Assembly: GCA_964016885.1 (NCBI GenBank)
Contig: OZ024740.1
Location: 98,518,001 to 98,582,000 of the forward strand
DNA length: 64,000 nucleotides
Source: Eledone cirrhosa
Taxonomy: Eukaryota
Direction of reading: 5' to 3'
The position numbers were made by a program, and so were the translations under genes. The notes beneath the pieces were generated by a model. It searched no databases, was not told where the DNA came from, and worked only from the letters and a program-made list of their open reading frames with translations. Positions within the stretch are counted from its first letter, which is position 1. The number at the start of each line of letters is the position of its first letter. This document shows, piece after piece, positions 13,377 through 26,660 of the stretch.

Positions 13377-15742
13377 ATCATCATCATCGTTTAACGTCCA
13401 TTTTCCATGCTAGCATGGGTCTGGACGGGAATTGTCCCACTTGAGGCAAGATTGGTTGTCTTGCTCAGGACTGCCTGGCGGGTTTTCTACGGCTGGATGC
13501 CATTCCTAACACCAACCACGTTTACGGTGTGGACTGGGAGGTTTTTACAGTGTTGCCTACATGGCCACATTACAGCGTGGACTGTGTGTTTTATTGTCGT
13601 GACACCTACACGTCTGGCGGGTTTTCTACGGCTGGGTGCCCTTCCCAACACCAACCACATTTACAGTGTGTACTGGGAGGTTTTTACCATGTTACCTACA
13701 CAACCACATTACAGCGTGGACTGTGTGTTTTTTTGTCGTGACACCTACACGACCTCATTTGTTTCGGACTGGATGTTGTGGTACCAACATTACTTCACAT
13801 TTAAGGGGTGGTGTGGATGGAGTGGGGGTAGCGGGACGGGGTGTATTTTGTTAGAGGTGCCTACTGATTGTAGGTTTCGCTTTGTACTTAGGCAAGGCGG
13901 GTCTTCTGTATAACTGTGTAGCGCCAAAGATCTCGGTCCAGTGACATTGTCTTGGAGAGGTGTAAGTGTGTGAGGTTGGAATTTATCAAGTCGTCCCAGG
14001 TTTTTCTGGGTCTGCCTACTCCGTGGCTACCGTCTATTTTTATCGCCCTACACTTCTTTATAGAGCTGTCGTCTTTCATGCGCATCACGTGACCGTACCA
14101 ACGTAGTCTTCTCTCGAGTAAACAACATCTGATCCCTCTTATTCCTAATTTCTCCCTTAGTTCGTCTATGCTTTGCCGTTCACGTATATTACTATTACAC
14201 ATCCAGTGGAGCATGCAAGCTTAGTTTCTCTCCAGTCTGCGTATATCCTCTGCACACAATGCCCAGGTCTCACTGCCATGTAACATTGCTGTTCATATGC
14301 AGGCATCATACAGCCTGCCTTTCATTTTTAGAGAGAACCCTTTAGCTGCCAATAGTGGTATAAGCACTCTGAACTGTTTCCATCCCATTCTGACTCTAGC
14401 TACTGTACTTTCAGAGCACCCTCCACCACTGCTGATTTTGTCACCCAGGTAACGGAAGCTGTCCACTATTTCTATAGAACCATCTGTGCAATGGAATGAG
14501 CTAGTATTCAGTGGGCACTTGCTGCTACTTTTTGCACCAGAGCACAGGCCACATATAAAATCTATATTCTTAGTTAGCTTACCTGTGATCCCACTACATC
14601 TTTTATGCACCCATACTTTGCATTTGGGACATAAAATGGAGTTTCTGCTTACTCCTTTCCTACACACTTATCATTGCCATTTCCCAGATGGGTCCGGTGC
14701 CCTATTTTCCTTCCTACAAACTAGAACTTTAGTCTTAGACAAGTTAACTTTATGTCCTTTTGATTCTAGGCCATGCTTCCATGTTTGGAATTTCTTCTCT
14801 AGTTCCTCCTTTGATTCAGCTATGAACGTTAGATCATCTGCATATAGGAGTTCCCATGGGCAGCCGGTCTTGAACTCCTCTGTTATAGCCTGAAGCGCAA
14901 TAATAAATAGTAGGGGGCTAAGGAAGGAGCCCTGATGAACACCAACTTTTACGCTAAACTCTTCACTATATTCGTTGTTAATCCTAACCGTGCTGACTGT
15001 TTCTTTATACATGGCTTGTATAGCTCTCACAAGCCATTCATCAACACCTAGTTTTCTAAGGGCCCACCATAATCGAGCGGGCTACTCTGTCAAAGGCTTT
15101 CTCCAAGTCAACAAAGGCTAAGTATAGGGGTTTACTTTTAGCTAGGTACTTCTCCTGTAGTTGTCGTACAATGAAGCGAGCGTCTGATGTACTTTTACCT
15201 GACACAAACCCGAACTGTATTTCGTCTAGATCAATTCGCTCTCTGATTAGTTGCGCTATTACTTTTTCTGTGACCTTCATGAACTGGTCAATTAATTTAA
15301 TGCCTCTATAGTTTCCCCTATCTAGGGCATCACATTTACCCTTGTAGCAGTTAATGATGATGCTGCTGCGCCAGTCCTTCGGAATGACCCCATTCTGTAT
15401 GACTTGGTTTACTATCCGAGTGACCATAGTGTGTCCCACCGTTCCAGAGGCTTTCAGCATTTCAGCAACTATTTCCGAAGGCCCGGCCGCCTTGCCTGTC
15501 TTCATGTCTTTGATCGCCTTACTTATTATACTACCTTCAACTTGCACAGCTGGTCCCTCTATTGGGTCGATGTAGGGGAGACTGTCTTTCTCCCAATTAT
15601 TCTCCTCATTTAGTAGCCTTTCATAGTGACACTTCCAAGCTACCTTCTTATCAGCATCAGTGATGGCAAGAACACCATCATCATTAAGGGCACACTTCTC
15701 CCCGACAATATCACTGTTTTCCTTGACACATTGCCCAGCAAT
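13377..15742 (-). mobile_element. 5'-truncated RTE LINE, longest copy, frameshifted
   Basis: ORFs 15056-15547, 14671-15030, 14293-14667 and 13888-14214 (GKAAGP, NYRGIKL, DLEKAFD, YADD, RWYGHVMR). 139-bp tandem duplication in the 3'UTR. Flanked by (TA)n. Confidence 0.95.
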
Positions 15743-15764
15743 ATATATATATATATATATACAA

Positions 15765-15826
15765 GGAGGTGCCCCAGCATTTCCTCAGCCGGATGGTTGA
15801 AACAGGTAAAAGAGTAAAAGAGTAAT
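15765..15826 (+). mobile_element. SINE 3'-tail fragment
   Basis: GGAGGTGCCCCAGCAT..TGAAACAGGTAAAAGAGTAAAAGAGTAA with a repeated terminal unit, embedded in (TA)n. Confidence 0.5.
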
Positions 15827-16134
15827 ATATATATATATATATATCAAGACAGAGAGACGGAGGTGCAGTGAGAGAGAGTGAGAGACAAAGAGAGACAGAG
15901 AGAGAAAGGGACAGAAAGAGAGAGAGAGGGTTATATAACACATGATAATGATGTGTGTGAGTATGGTATGTGTGTATGCATGTATGTAAGTATATATGTA
16001 TGTGTGTATTTGTCTTGAATGTGTGTATGGAAAGATATACAATAGCATGGAAAAATATACTCTAAATGGTGGCGATGATGTTGATGATGATGTGTGTTAG
16101 TATGGTATGTATATATGTATGCATATATGTATGT

Positions 16135-16760
16135 GTCAGGTCACCAGTTGGTGATACTGGTAACATGTATCCCAGTACAATCTGTCCCATGGTCAGGTCG
16201 TTGGCGACTAAACTGGCAACCCCACCAAGGTTTCTTGGTGAGGAGGGTGACTTTGGACATCCTGCAGGACTAAAAACAAAACCTGTCAAAGGGCAAAGGA
16301 GCTCTTAAGAGTCAATGGCCATCCAAAATCACTGGGAGAGATGACCCCTTAGCCTTTGTCAAGGCAGAATTCTAGGAGAAGGAAAACTCTGATATAACAC
16401 CTGCAACCCTGATGGTATCCAATGATGTTGACTTGTTCTTCTTTTTGGTAAATATCATCTTGGTTAAGAGAGTGGGACTGGCTTTGTGCAGTGCCTTTGC
16501 TCACTATAAAAGCTTCACGGCACAGGCATTGCCTTATATCTGGAGATCTCTGAACTCTCTGCACTTGTCGTCACATGGTACCATGGGCCCAGCATTATGT
16601 GTCAATAATTGTCACAGGTGTAGTGTTTGTACCAGAGTTTTCAAGTCGCTGGCTAGACTAAAAAGTCACACTCGTTCAGCGCATTGGTAGGGGTTCTCCT
16701 ACATGGATATAAAGTAGTGGCCGTACTCGAAAACGAGTTGGCAGCCACCATGTATGTATG
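16135..16760 (+). mobile_element. Non-autonomous bipartite RTE-derived element (5'UTR fused to 3' end); degraded second copy at 29431-29945
   Basis: RTE 5'UTR-like motif GGAGAAGGAAAACTCTGA, terminal C2H2 finger CSVCTRVFKSLARLKSHTRSAH* and a (TGTA)n tail. A homologous copy lies at 29.4-29.9 kb. Confidence 0.6.
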
Positions 16761-17375
16761 TATATATGTATGTGTGTATTTGTCTTGAATGTGTGTATTT
16801 TTCTTGAAATCAGACAGTTAATATAAATACTCATCATCCATATAAGGTGTTCATACCTAATTTCTTTTGTTTGTACCAACAACTGTACTGTTGGGAAAAA
16901 ATTCTGGTCAGACATTTGCAGTTGATGATCAGTTGTTTACTGACAAATGAGTATCAATTCAAATCACAGAAATTTCCTCCTCAAATTAAGGACCTCAAAG
17001 CTTCAAATTAAAAGGTAAGTTTTCTATGATATTCTAATTATTTATTAAATTCCCTAAACAATTTTACTACATATCTCAATTACACCAAAATTGTACACAC
17101 TGTCACCAACAAAACAAAGAGCATTTATGAATACACACAAAGAGGCACACACACTGATATGTGTGTGTATGTGTGTGTGTGTGTGTTGTGCAATTTAACT
17201 GATTGGGATTTATATTTCATATATCTGTATGGAATTATATATATAAATACATACAATCACAGAGCAATTCCCTCACTTCTTGACATATACATATACAAAA
17301 CCACTGAAGCATGTGCCTACTCACACACATACATGCATACACACACACATATATATATATATACGTATATATATA

Positions 17376-19148
17376 TCATCATCATCATCATCACCATCAA
17401 CGTTTAACGTCCGTGTTCCACGCTTGAATAGGTTTGGACCGGGGTATTCCCACTTGAGGCAAGAGTAATTGTCTTGCTCGCATAGGACTGTCTGGCATGT
17501 TTTCTACAGTTGGATGCCCTTCCTAACACCAACCACATTTACAGTGTGGGTCTGGGAGGTTTTTACCGTGTTACCTACACGGCCACATTACAGTTGTGGA
17601 CTGTGTTTTTTTGTCGTGACACCTACACGATCTCATTTGTTTCGGCCTGGGTGGTGTGGCACCAACATAACTTTACATAGAAGGGGGTGGTGTGGATGGG
17701 GTGGGGGTGGTGGGACGGGGGTGTATTTTGTTAGAGAGGCATACTGGCTGTAGTAGGTTTTACTATGTATTTAGTTAAGGCGAGTCTTCCCTATTACTGA
17801 GTATCGCCATAGGTCTCGGTCCAGTGACATTGTCTTGGAGAGGTGTAAGTGTGTGAGGTCGGAGTTTATCAGCTCGTCCCAGGTTTTTCTAGGTCTGCCT
17901 ATTCCGTGGCTACCGTCTATCTTTATTGCCCTGCACTTTGTTATACAGCTATCGACTTTCATGCGCATCACGTGTCCATACCAACGTAGCCTTCTCTTGA
18001 GTAAACAACATCTGATCCCTCTTATTTCTAATTTTTTCCTTAGTTCGTTTATGCTTTGCCGTTCACGTATATTACTATTACACATCCAGCGGAGCATGCA
18101 AGCTTCGTTCCTCTCTAGCCTGCGTATATCCTCTGCACACAATGCCCAGGTCTCACTGCCATGCAACATTGCTGTTCGTATGCAGGCATCATACAACCTG
18201 CCTTTCATTTTTAGGGAGAACCCTTTAGCGGCTAATAGTGGTATAAGCTCTCTGAACTTTTTCCATCCAGTTCTGACTCTAGCTACTGTACTTTCAGAGC
18301 ACCCTCCCCCACTGCTGATTTTGTCACCCAGGTAACGGAAGCTGTCCACTATTTCTATAGAGCCCTCTGCGCAGTTGTAAGAGCTAGTATTTTGTGTGCA
18401 CTTGCTGCTAATTATTGCACCAGAGCACCGGCCACATGTAAAATCTATGTTCTTAGTTAGCTTACCTGTGATCCCACTACATCTTTTATGCACCCATACT
18501 TTGCATTTGGGACATAAAATGGAGTTTCTACCTACGCCTTTCCTACACACTGAGCATGGCCATTTCCCGGAAGGGACCGCCACCTTATTTTCTTTCCTAC
18601 AAACTAGAACTTTAGTCTTAGCCAGGTTAATTTTAAGGCCTTTTGATTCTAGGCCGTGCTTCCATGTTTGGAATTTCTTCTCTAGCTCGGCCATTGATTC
18701 AGCTATGAGCGTCAGGTCATGTGCGTATAGGAGTTCCCATGGGCAGCCGGTCTTGAACTCCTCTATTATAGCCTGAAGGGCAATAATAAATAGTAGGGTG
18801 CTGAGAACAGAGCCCTGATGGACGCCAACTTTTACGCTAAACTCTTCACTATATTCGTTGTTAATTCTAACCTTGCTGACTGTTTCTTTATACATGGCTT
18901 GTATAGCTCTCACAAGCCATTCGTCGACACCTAGTTTTCTAAGGGCCCACCAGATAATGGAACGGGGGACTCTGTCGAAGGCTTTCTCCAAGTCGACAAA
19001 AGCTAAGTAGAGGGGTTTACCTTTAGCGAGGTACTTCTCCTGTAGTTGTCGTACAATGAAAAGAGCGTCTGTGGTACTTTTGCCTGACACAAACCCGAAG
19101 TGCATTTCATCTAGGTCAATTCTCTCTCTGATTAGTTGCGCTATTACT
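17376..19148 (-). mobile_element. 5'-truncated RTE LINE with an uninterrupted 444-aa ORF remnant
   Basis: ORF 17771-19105. The catalytic YADD is mutated to YAHD, so the RT is probably dead. (TGA)n tail; both ends lie in (TA)n. Confidence 0.95.
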
Positions 19149-19166
19149 ATATATATATATATATAT

Positions 19167-19209
<43 letters not shown>

Positions 19210-19413
19210 TACATACATATATATATATATGTATATATATATATGAACAGGCTTAAATATGCTTATAAATACTCACACATTGAAACATTAACAACAGCCT
19301 CACATAAACATATATGTGTATCCATTATGTGTGCATGTATATATATATATATATATGAATATATGTGTGTGTATATATATATATATGAATATATATGAGT
19401 GTGTATATATATA

Positions 19414-19466
<53 letters not shown>

Positions 19467-19475
19467 GAATATATA

Positions 19476-19508
<33 letters not shown>

Positions 19509-19576
19509 GAATATATATATGTATATATATCTATATATATGTATATTTATATATATATATATGTATATATATATAT

Positions 19577-19846
19577 GTATAAAAGAGAAAACACAGGTAA
19601 GCATTAGAAGGATTTTATCCAGGTATTTACGACCGTTTCATTGGTAAATGCAACCTTATATTGCTATACTGCAAATAGCAGCCACTCAATTATAATTGTT
19701 GTTCACGTCCAAATTTTCAAAATAGTGAGTAAGTTACTCTTATAAAAGTTCTTAATATATAGAGAAAAACATTTTTTTTGGAATTGTATTTACTAGTATA
19801 GAGAGAGAGGAAGAGGAATTAGAGGGTGAAGGGACAAACGGAATAG

Positions 19847-19888
<42 letters not shown>

Positions 19889-21520
19889 GGGGGAGAAGAG
19901 TTAGGAAGTAGAGTGACAAACTGCGATGGAGGGAGGGGTAGAGGTGGAAGGATTCCTTGATCAGTTTTGATACGTAGACTTCATGTCGTTGGTTGTAGTG
20001 AGTTAAAGAGAATTAAATTGATCATAGTGGGAGGGATGGAGAGAGAGATAGAGAGAGAGAGAGATGGGGGGGATATAAAGAGATAAATATATATATATAT
20101 AAAAATAAAGATAAAGATAATAATGACAAAAATAAAAGCAATGAAGGGGGAAGAAAGAAGAAAAGAAAAGATAGCCAAAAAGGGGAGGGAAGACTAATAG
20201 GCAAACAAAACGTAACACACTTGTACAGGCATCGCAGCCCACCAATAATGCCAAAGTTGCCCATGACACGAATTGTAACTGCCACCTACCTAAAATCTGT
20301 CCATTACATAATGAATGTATGCAGTCTAACCAGGTTTACCAATACACAGTGGAATCAGACAACCAGAAATTGTATTACATCGGAGCGACTGGGAATACAT
20401 TTAAAGCCCGTTGGTATACACACCGTTACGCAATGAAACATTCCCAGCATCGTTATGTAACTACCCTTGCAAACAAGACCTGGCAACTGAGGGAAAGTAA
20501 CCATCAATACACCCTGAAGTGGAAATAATTATCGAACGCGCCCCCATATCGGAGTGGTATGAGAAGCTGTCGATTATGTGACCTTGAGCTGTTCCACATT
20601 TTGAGTTCGAAGAATAAGTTACTCAACAATAAATTCGAAAGATCAATTTATTGTAACCATAGACTCAAAGAAAAGTTTTCGCACTACAAGTGCAAATCGA
20701 ACCCTTAACCTCTTACTACCAACTTACAAACTGCATATACTTAGACTTTATACCCTCTTATTGTATCTAACCCCTTTAATTACCCACAAAAACCAATACC
20801 TATATCCCTTCCCTCTCCTTCATTCCTCTTCTATTTCTTCGTTTTCTTCCTTTCTTCCCTCCCCTTTTTGGCTATCTTTTCTTTTCTTCTTTCTCCCCCC
20901 TTCTTTGCTTTTATTTTTATCATTATTAACTTTACCTTTATTTTTTATATATATATATTTATCTCTTTATATCTCCCCCCCCTCTCTCTCTCTCTCTCCA
21001 TCCCTCCCACTATGATCAATTTAATTCTCTTTAACTCACTACAACCGATGACATGAAGTCTACGTATCAAAACTGATCAAGGAATCCTTCCACCTCTACC
21101 CCTCCCTCCATCTAAGTTTATCACTCTACTTCCTAACTCTTCTCCCCATTCCTCTCTCTCTATACTAGTAAATACAATTAAAAAAAAATGTTTTTCTCTA
21201 TATATTAAGAACTATTTCAAGAGAAACTTACTCACTATTTTGAAAATGTGGACTTGAACAACAATTATAATTGAGTCGCTGCTATTTTCAGTATAGCAAT
21301 ATAAGGTTGCACTTACCAATGAAACGGTCGTAAATACCTGGATAAAATCCTTCTCTTAATGCTTACCTGTGTTTTCTCTTTTATACTTTATACTCCAAGA
21401 TTGAACAGAATTCTTACAAACATGTGGAGTTACCCCTAACCGTACGTTGAAACCGTCCATAAAATTGGCTTTCTTAACCACGAACTGGATCATAATAAGC
21501 AATTTTTTGCTTCCCTAACT
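19577..21520 (+). mobile_element. 5'-truncated Penelope-like element (Naiad-type GIY-YIG) with pLTR and inverted pLTR copy
   Basis: About 20195-20708 encodes CNCHLPKICPLHNECMQSNQVY..YYIGATGNTFKARWYTH..TLANKTWQL..W K*..PY..CRLCDLE..LLN..E..CNH (one TAA). 19577-20193 is the reverse complement of 20853-21386. Confidence 0.9.
21236..21336 (+). ncRNA. Candidate hammerhead ribozyme (U3-A8 core, expanded stem II) in the pLTR; mirror copy at 19624-19724 on the - strand
   Basis: TATT-TTGAAAA-T(G/T)TGG...CCAAT-GAA-ACGGTCGT-A-AATA. Stem III is self-complementary. Stem I is only 4 bp and the first stem II pair is U-U. Confidence 0.45.
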
Positions 21521-21525
21521 ATATA

Positions 21526-21586
<61 letters not shown>

Positions 21587-21607
21587 GTGATATATATATA
21601 TACGAAA

Positions 21608-21649
21608 GTGATGAGGACGTACTGTTGTACATCCGAAATATGTATAATA
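21608..21649 (+). ncRNA. Degenerate minimal hammerhead remnant
   Basis: GTGATGA-GGACGTAC-TGTT-GTACATCC-GAAA-TATG-TA-TAATA. G replaces C3, and the 5' strand of stem I is displaced by a short duplication. Confidence 0.45.
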
Positions 21650-21726
21650 AAATATAATTGATCAAAAGAACATCTATTTTATTAATACTTATATTTTAAT
21701 ATATATATATATATATATATACATAT

Positions 21727-21787
<61 letters not shown>

Positions 21788-23219
21788 CATGTGTGTTTCC
21801 ACATATACACATATTCCTACATGCAGTTATATGCATCTAACAAACACACTGAATGCACCCTTTAAGAAAGTCTCAACACGTTCGTTATGTGGTTATGAAA
21901 TTCATAATCAATAAATAAATATTTTTCCTTTGTGAAACAAAATTCTCTGACAATGAATATTTATCATAATTTTTCAAATCTGATAAAATTGCGTATGTGT
22001 GTTTGTGTTTGTATGAATGTGTGCCTATGTTTATGTGTGTATGATGTGTTCATGTGTTTATGTGTGTATATATATATGTATAGTGTTTATGTATATGGTA
22101 GATGTGTGTTTGTGTGTATCGTATGTGTATGTGTATGTGTATTTATGTTTATATATGTGCAATGTATGTGTGTCTCAATGAATATGTATGCGTGTGTGTA
22201 TATATATATATGTTTGAATATATGTGTGTGCGTATATATATTTGTGTATATGTATGAGTATATATATATGTATATATGTGTGCGTGTGTGTATATATGTG
22301 TGTGTGTGTATATGTGTATATATGTGAGTGTTTTTGTGATAGTTTTGCAGAGAGGTAATATCCGTATTAAAACTGTTATACACCTATTGATGTGAAAACC
22401 ATAATGTTTTAGCTATATTTTGGAACCACTAGAAAAATAGAAGTATGGTAAAAATCATAAATAATTCCTATAAAAATGACTCATTTATTCTTAGAAATCA
22501 AAACATTAATATTAATTACTTATTTTTCCTGTTATTGATGTTGTAGTTGTTGTTGTCATTGAAGTTGTTATTGTCATTAATTTTGTTATTGTTGATTTTG
22601 TTGTCATTGAAGTTCTTGTTGATGTTGCGTTGATGTCATTATATTCCCTTATTTTTGATGACATTGTTGGCAGAAACTGTTAGACACCTTATACCATTTA
22701 TATTTGATGACCTTGAACATTCTGACTTCAAATACAGCTGTTTTCAATATTATTTTTCTTTATCTTGATAGACCTGTTCATTTGTATATAATCCTATAAA
22801 CCTTCACCTAGTTAAATGATTTAACTATTCTTAGAAATAGCGTATTTTAAGACTATAAAAGGAAGGGAGAAAATATCAAATAATGAAAAAAGGGAAATTG
22901 GAAAAGAAGGGTGGATTCTACATTTCTGGCTAGGCATTATATCTTAGAAATTAAAACATAAATTCTAATAATTCAAGTTGGTCTCTAGGTTCAAATACTG
23001 CAAAAGAGCACTTTGCTTTTTATCCTTTCAATGATGCAATTCCAATTGAAATGGGAAAAACGTTTCAAACCTTATTGACTTGAGATTTTGAAACTACTGG
23101 AGCAAATTTAGCTATAAGAACTATGTCTTAGCCAAAACTGGTAAGCACTTTGCATTCCACTTGGATTATGGTTCTAGGCTAAAATACATTTTTTTTTCGG
23201 ATAAAAATAATCATTATCT

Positions 23220-23750
23220 TCACAGTTGATGGAAAGAGTTCTTAAAAATCACCTTCAGCATCATGAATCTCTCTCACTCTGTGACACTCACTATAGCTTT
23301 CCTGTACAACTAAATCTACAGGTATCTTCTCTCCTATCTGATTCACCATTGATCTCATGTCCTTGAGAATTATAGCACAAACAATATCATTGTGTTTGTC
23401 ATTAGCAAAGCCATTGATTATGTCTGGTAAGAGAACATCCTTGCTAAGAAGCCCAATTTCATCTGTATTTCATCACCTTCATTTGAGATTTCCTCTCAGA
23501 TCAGACCAACACAATGTATTCTGAATTAACCATCTCTGTTACAAGTTATATCAACTCTGTCATGAAGCAAGTATTAGTTATGTATGCCACATTCTTTTGT
23601 CTGTACATTGACTACATACAGTCACCTCTAACAATGTTCATTTCACTGCAGAGGAAACCTATCATCATTACTACTTTAACTTCTGCACACAGGTGGCATT
23701 CATATGTAATCTCGGTATCAGATACCATAAACATACTACCTCACTAAAGA
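23220..23750 (+). mobile_element. Degraded CR1/jockey-like RT remnant
   Basis: Relics of SKAFD-VW (AGCAAAGCCATTGATTATGTCTGG) and INSGV-QG-VL-P-LF-LYI. Confidence 0.45.
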
Positions 23751-24596
23751 GATTTTTATATACATTTTTCAATGGATAATGACAATGCAATCTATTTCAC
23801 CAGTACAAAGGCATAATTATAGCACATATCTATCTGTATATATGTACCTACCTCTTTCTTGCTCTTTCTCTCTCTCTTTCTATATATATATATATATAGA
23901 GAGAGAGGGAGGGAAATACATATATATATATATATACATACACACATATGTATATATAAATATATATGCATATGCTTTGTATTGGTGGACAGGAGAATGA
24001 ATATTCAAAACGATAATACAGATTATTATGTTTACATTATTAAGGCCACATTTGAGTCTTGTTACTCTAAAATTTCTCATATGTACACACAGGTTAATTA
24101 GACACTCACACTCACACACACACACACACACGATACACACACACATACAGACAAACTCCCTCATTTTATTTCTCTCTTTCCCCCTCTCTCTCTCACACAC
24201 TTGTGTATGAAAACTGTATTGTTCTAAATTTGAAGCATAATGTAGAGTTTGTTGGGAGGAGGTATTCTATTGTCCTACAATATTGAGAAACTGAAATAGT
24301 TACATGTTACATGTCAGCTACAACATTGACCAGGTATTGAATAAAAATAAAGTAGACAAATGCAAAGGTGATAACATATTTTATGAGAATCTAAGATAAA
24401 GAAATTTGAGACTAACCAGCAGCTGCAATCTACCCAAATTTATGTGTCTACAGATAATTATTGTGCCAGAACATTTTTCTGAGCACATAAAAAGACAGTA
24501 TATATAAAAGAAAAACGGAAATAAATTTTCCAAAGTAGAAAATATCAATAAACAAAAAGAATATAATCACATTGAGCAGCAGGTAATTTTTTTTAT

Positions 24597-24597
<1 letters not shown>

Positions 24598-24659
<62 letters not shown>
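24598..24659. repeat. (CT)n microsatellite
   Basis: Directly visible. Confidence 0.95.
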
Positions 24660-24663
<4 letters not shown>

Positions 24664-24707
24664 ATGTTATCTCTGTAATTTCTTAATTCTCTCATCTCTC
24701 ATGTGTT

Positions 24708-24753
<46 letters not shown>

Positions 24754-26513
24754 ACCTCTGCTTACATTTTCATTTTTCTGCAATAATGTCTGTTCATCAT
24801 TTTAAATACATCTATCATATCTACCACTTTGCTTTCACTCTTCTGAAGTGTTAACTCCAAGGTTTTACATCTTTGTTCATGAGACAGTTGTCTTAAAATT
24901 TGGTGGCATTTTTTGTTGTTTCTTTCTGGGTTCTTTCAATAGATCTTATGCCTTTTCAGAGGTAAGGTGACCAAGCATGTAACACATGCTTTACGTAGGG
25001 TCAGACGTATCCTTTATCTTATGAAAATTTAAGCAGAGATCACAACTATAAACTTTATAAGAAACAATGTTCTGAAGATAAGTGAAAATATTTAAAGAGT
25101 GGAACTGAATGGAAAAGAAGTAGCAAAGTGGCAGAGTGGTTTGAAAGTCAGATAGAATGCTTTGTGGCATCCGCTCTGGTTCTCTGCTCACTAAGTTCAA
25201 TTTTTGCCTTTCTGACTTTCTTGGTCAATAAAATTGTACCATTCCAGCACTGTGGTTAATTCTTCATCAATATCTCTTTTTTTACTTCCTCTCTTTTATT
25301 CTTTCTCTTTCTCTGGAAGAAAGTAGATGCCATCAGAGCTGGAGAGGGGATAAGCGCTGCCAAGCATGAAATGCCTAAGAAACACAGTATGTCACTACTG
25401 CACCCCTATGACTCCATCAAGAAGTACGTATATGCACACACACACACATATATATATATATGTTTATCCAGGGTTCAGTCGGGGCTAACCAGAGTAAGTA
25501 AGGTACTCAATACCTAGCACATATTTAATATAAAAATGGCTTCTACAGGACTACATATGCTTCATTCTAATGAAATCACCTGGAATGACCTCATGATTTC
25601 ATTTGAATAAAGTCATTTATCTATATATTAAATATATATACACCCTGCAAAGTGGTCATACACTTATTAGGATAAAATGGCCCCAATCTCTCCTGAAGAC
25701 ATTAGAGGAATTATACCTGTCATTCAAAAGTCCAGCATATTGCATCAAGCTGATTCTCCCTGAGAATAATGTTATGAGTAAACATGTTTGTGTGATACTC
25801 AACCACTTACACATTAATTCGTAAGTTTGACATACACTGGTTTGAATGACTGTTAGCTCATCATCAAAATGAAGGATCTATTATCATTATATGTTCTTTC
25901 TTCCTCAAGTAATCAATAGGAAACATCTCTCAACCAGCCTGCTATCTACCTATCTTTCTCACCTCCACCATTTCACAAGTAAATGGTAAATAAAAGAAAA
26001 TGTATGGTGATTTTGGAGTAGAGAAAATAATAGAATAATTAAAAGTAGTATTTGTAGAACAATATATAACATATTCAACTAGATACAGTGATCAATTTGA
26101 TAAGTGTGTTATTTCAAACGATATGAATTTACAAATTATTTACACATTACCATTTAAACAAAAAACTGAAATAATCAATAAATCTATGATTTTAACTGAT
26201 AAAACTTATTGTAAAAAATGATGTTACTGATGCAGAAAAGTCAGAAATAGAAACGTTTTCTGTGGCCAATTTCTAAGAAATAAGAACAATGATTAATTTT
26301 TATTCAGAAAACTTTTATCATTTAAAGAAAAAAAAGCAGCAGAAGGGTGTTTGTCTGAGCCTCTCAAAATATTTGTTTCCATGCAGAAAGGGAATCAACT
26401 TAGCATTTCTAAAGAGTTACAGAATAAAAAATAATTGATGATGATATAGAGTAAAGGGTTAATGATACCCCAAAATAATAGAATATATTTAATCTATAGC
26501 TGTTAATCTAGAG

Positions 26514-26660
26514 GCGGATGCCTTGCTTTGACGCATTGAGTTACGGCCCTTTCCATTCTGAGTTCAAATCCCGCCGAGGTTAACTTTGCCTTTCATCCTT
26601 ATGGGGTCGATAAAATAAAGTAACAGAAATTCACTTGTGCCAAAAGTAGAAACAATTATA
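26514..26660 (+). mobile_element. SINE family A
   Basis: B-box and body shared with the other copies. Confidence 0.8.

Noticed and set aside
16135-16230. HDV-like ribozyme at the 5' end of the bipartite RTE element
   Set aside because: P4/J4-2-like GGTCGTTGGCGACTAAACTGG is present, but no valid P1, P3 or L3 could be assigned.
17771-19105. 444-aa ORF as an active or domesticated RT gene
   Set aside because: It is 5'-truncated at (TA)n, lacks the endonuclease and has YAHD in place of YADD. It is near-identical to neighbouring dead copies.
20195-20708. Selenocysteine recoding as reported for some Naiad PLEs
   Set aside because: The conserved Cys positions use TGT/TGC, and the only in-frame stop is TAA at a non-Cys position.
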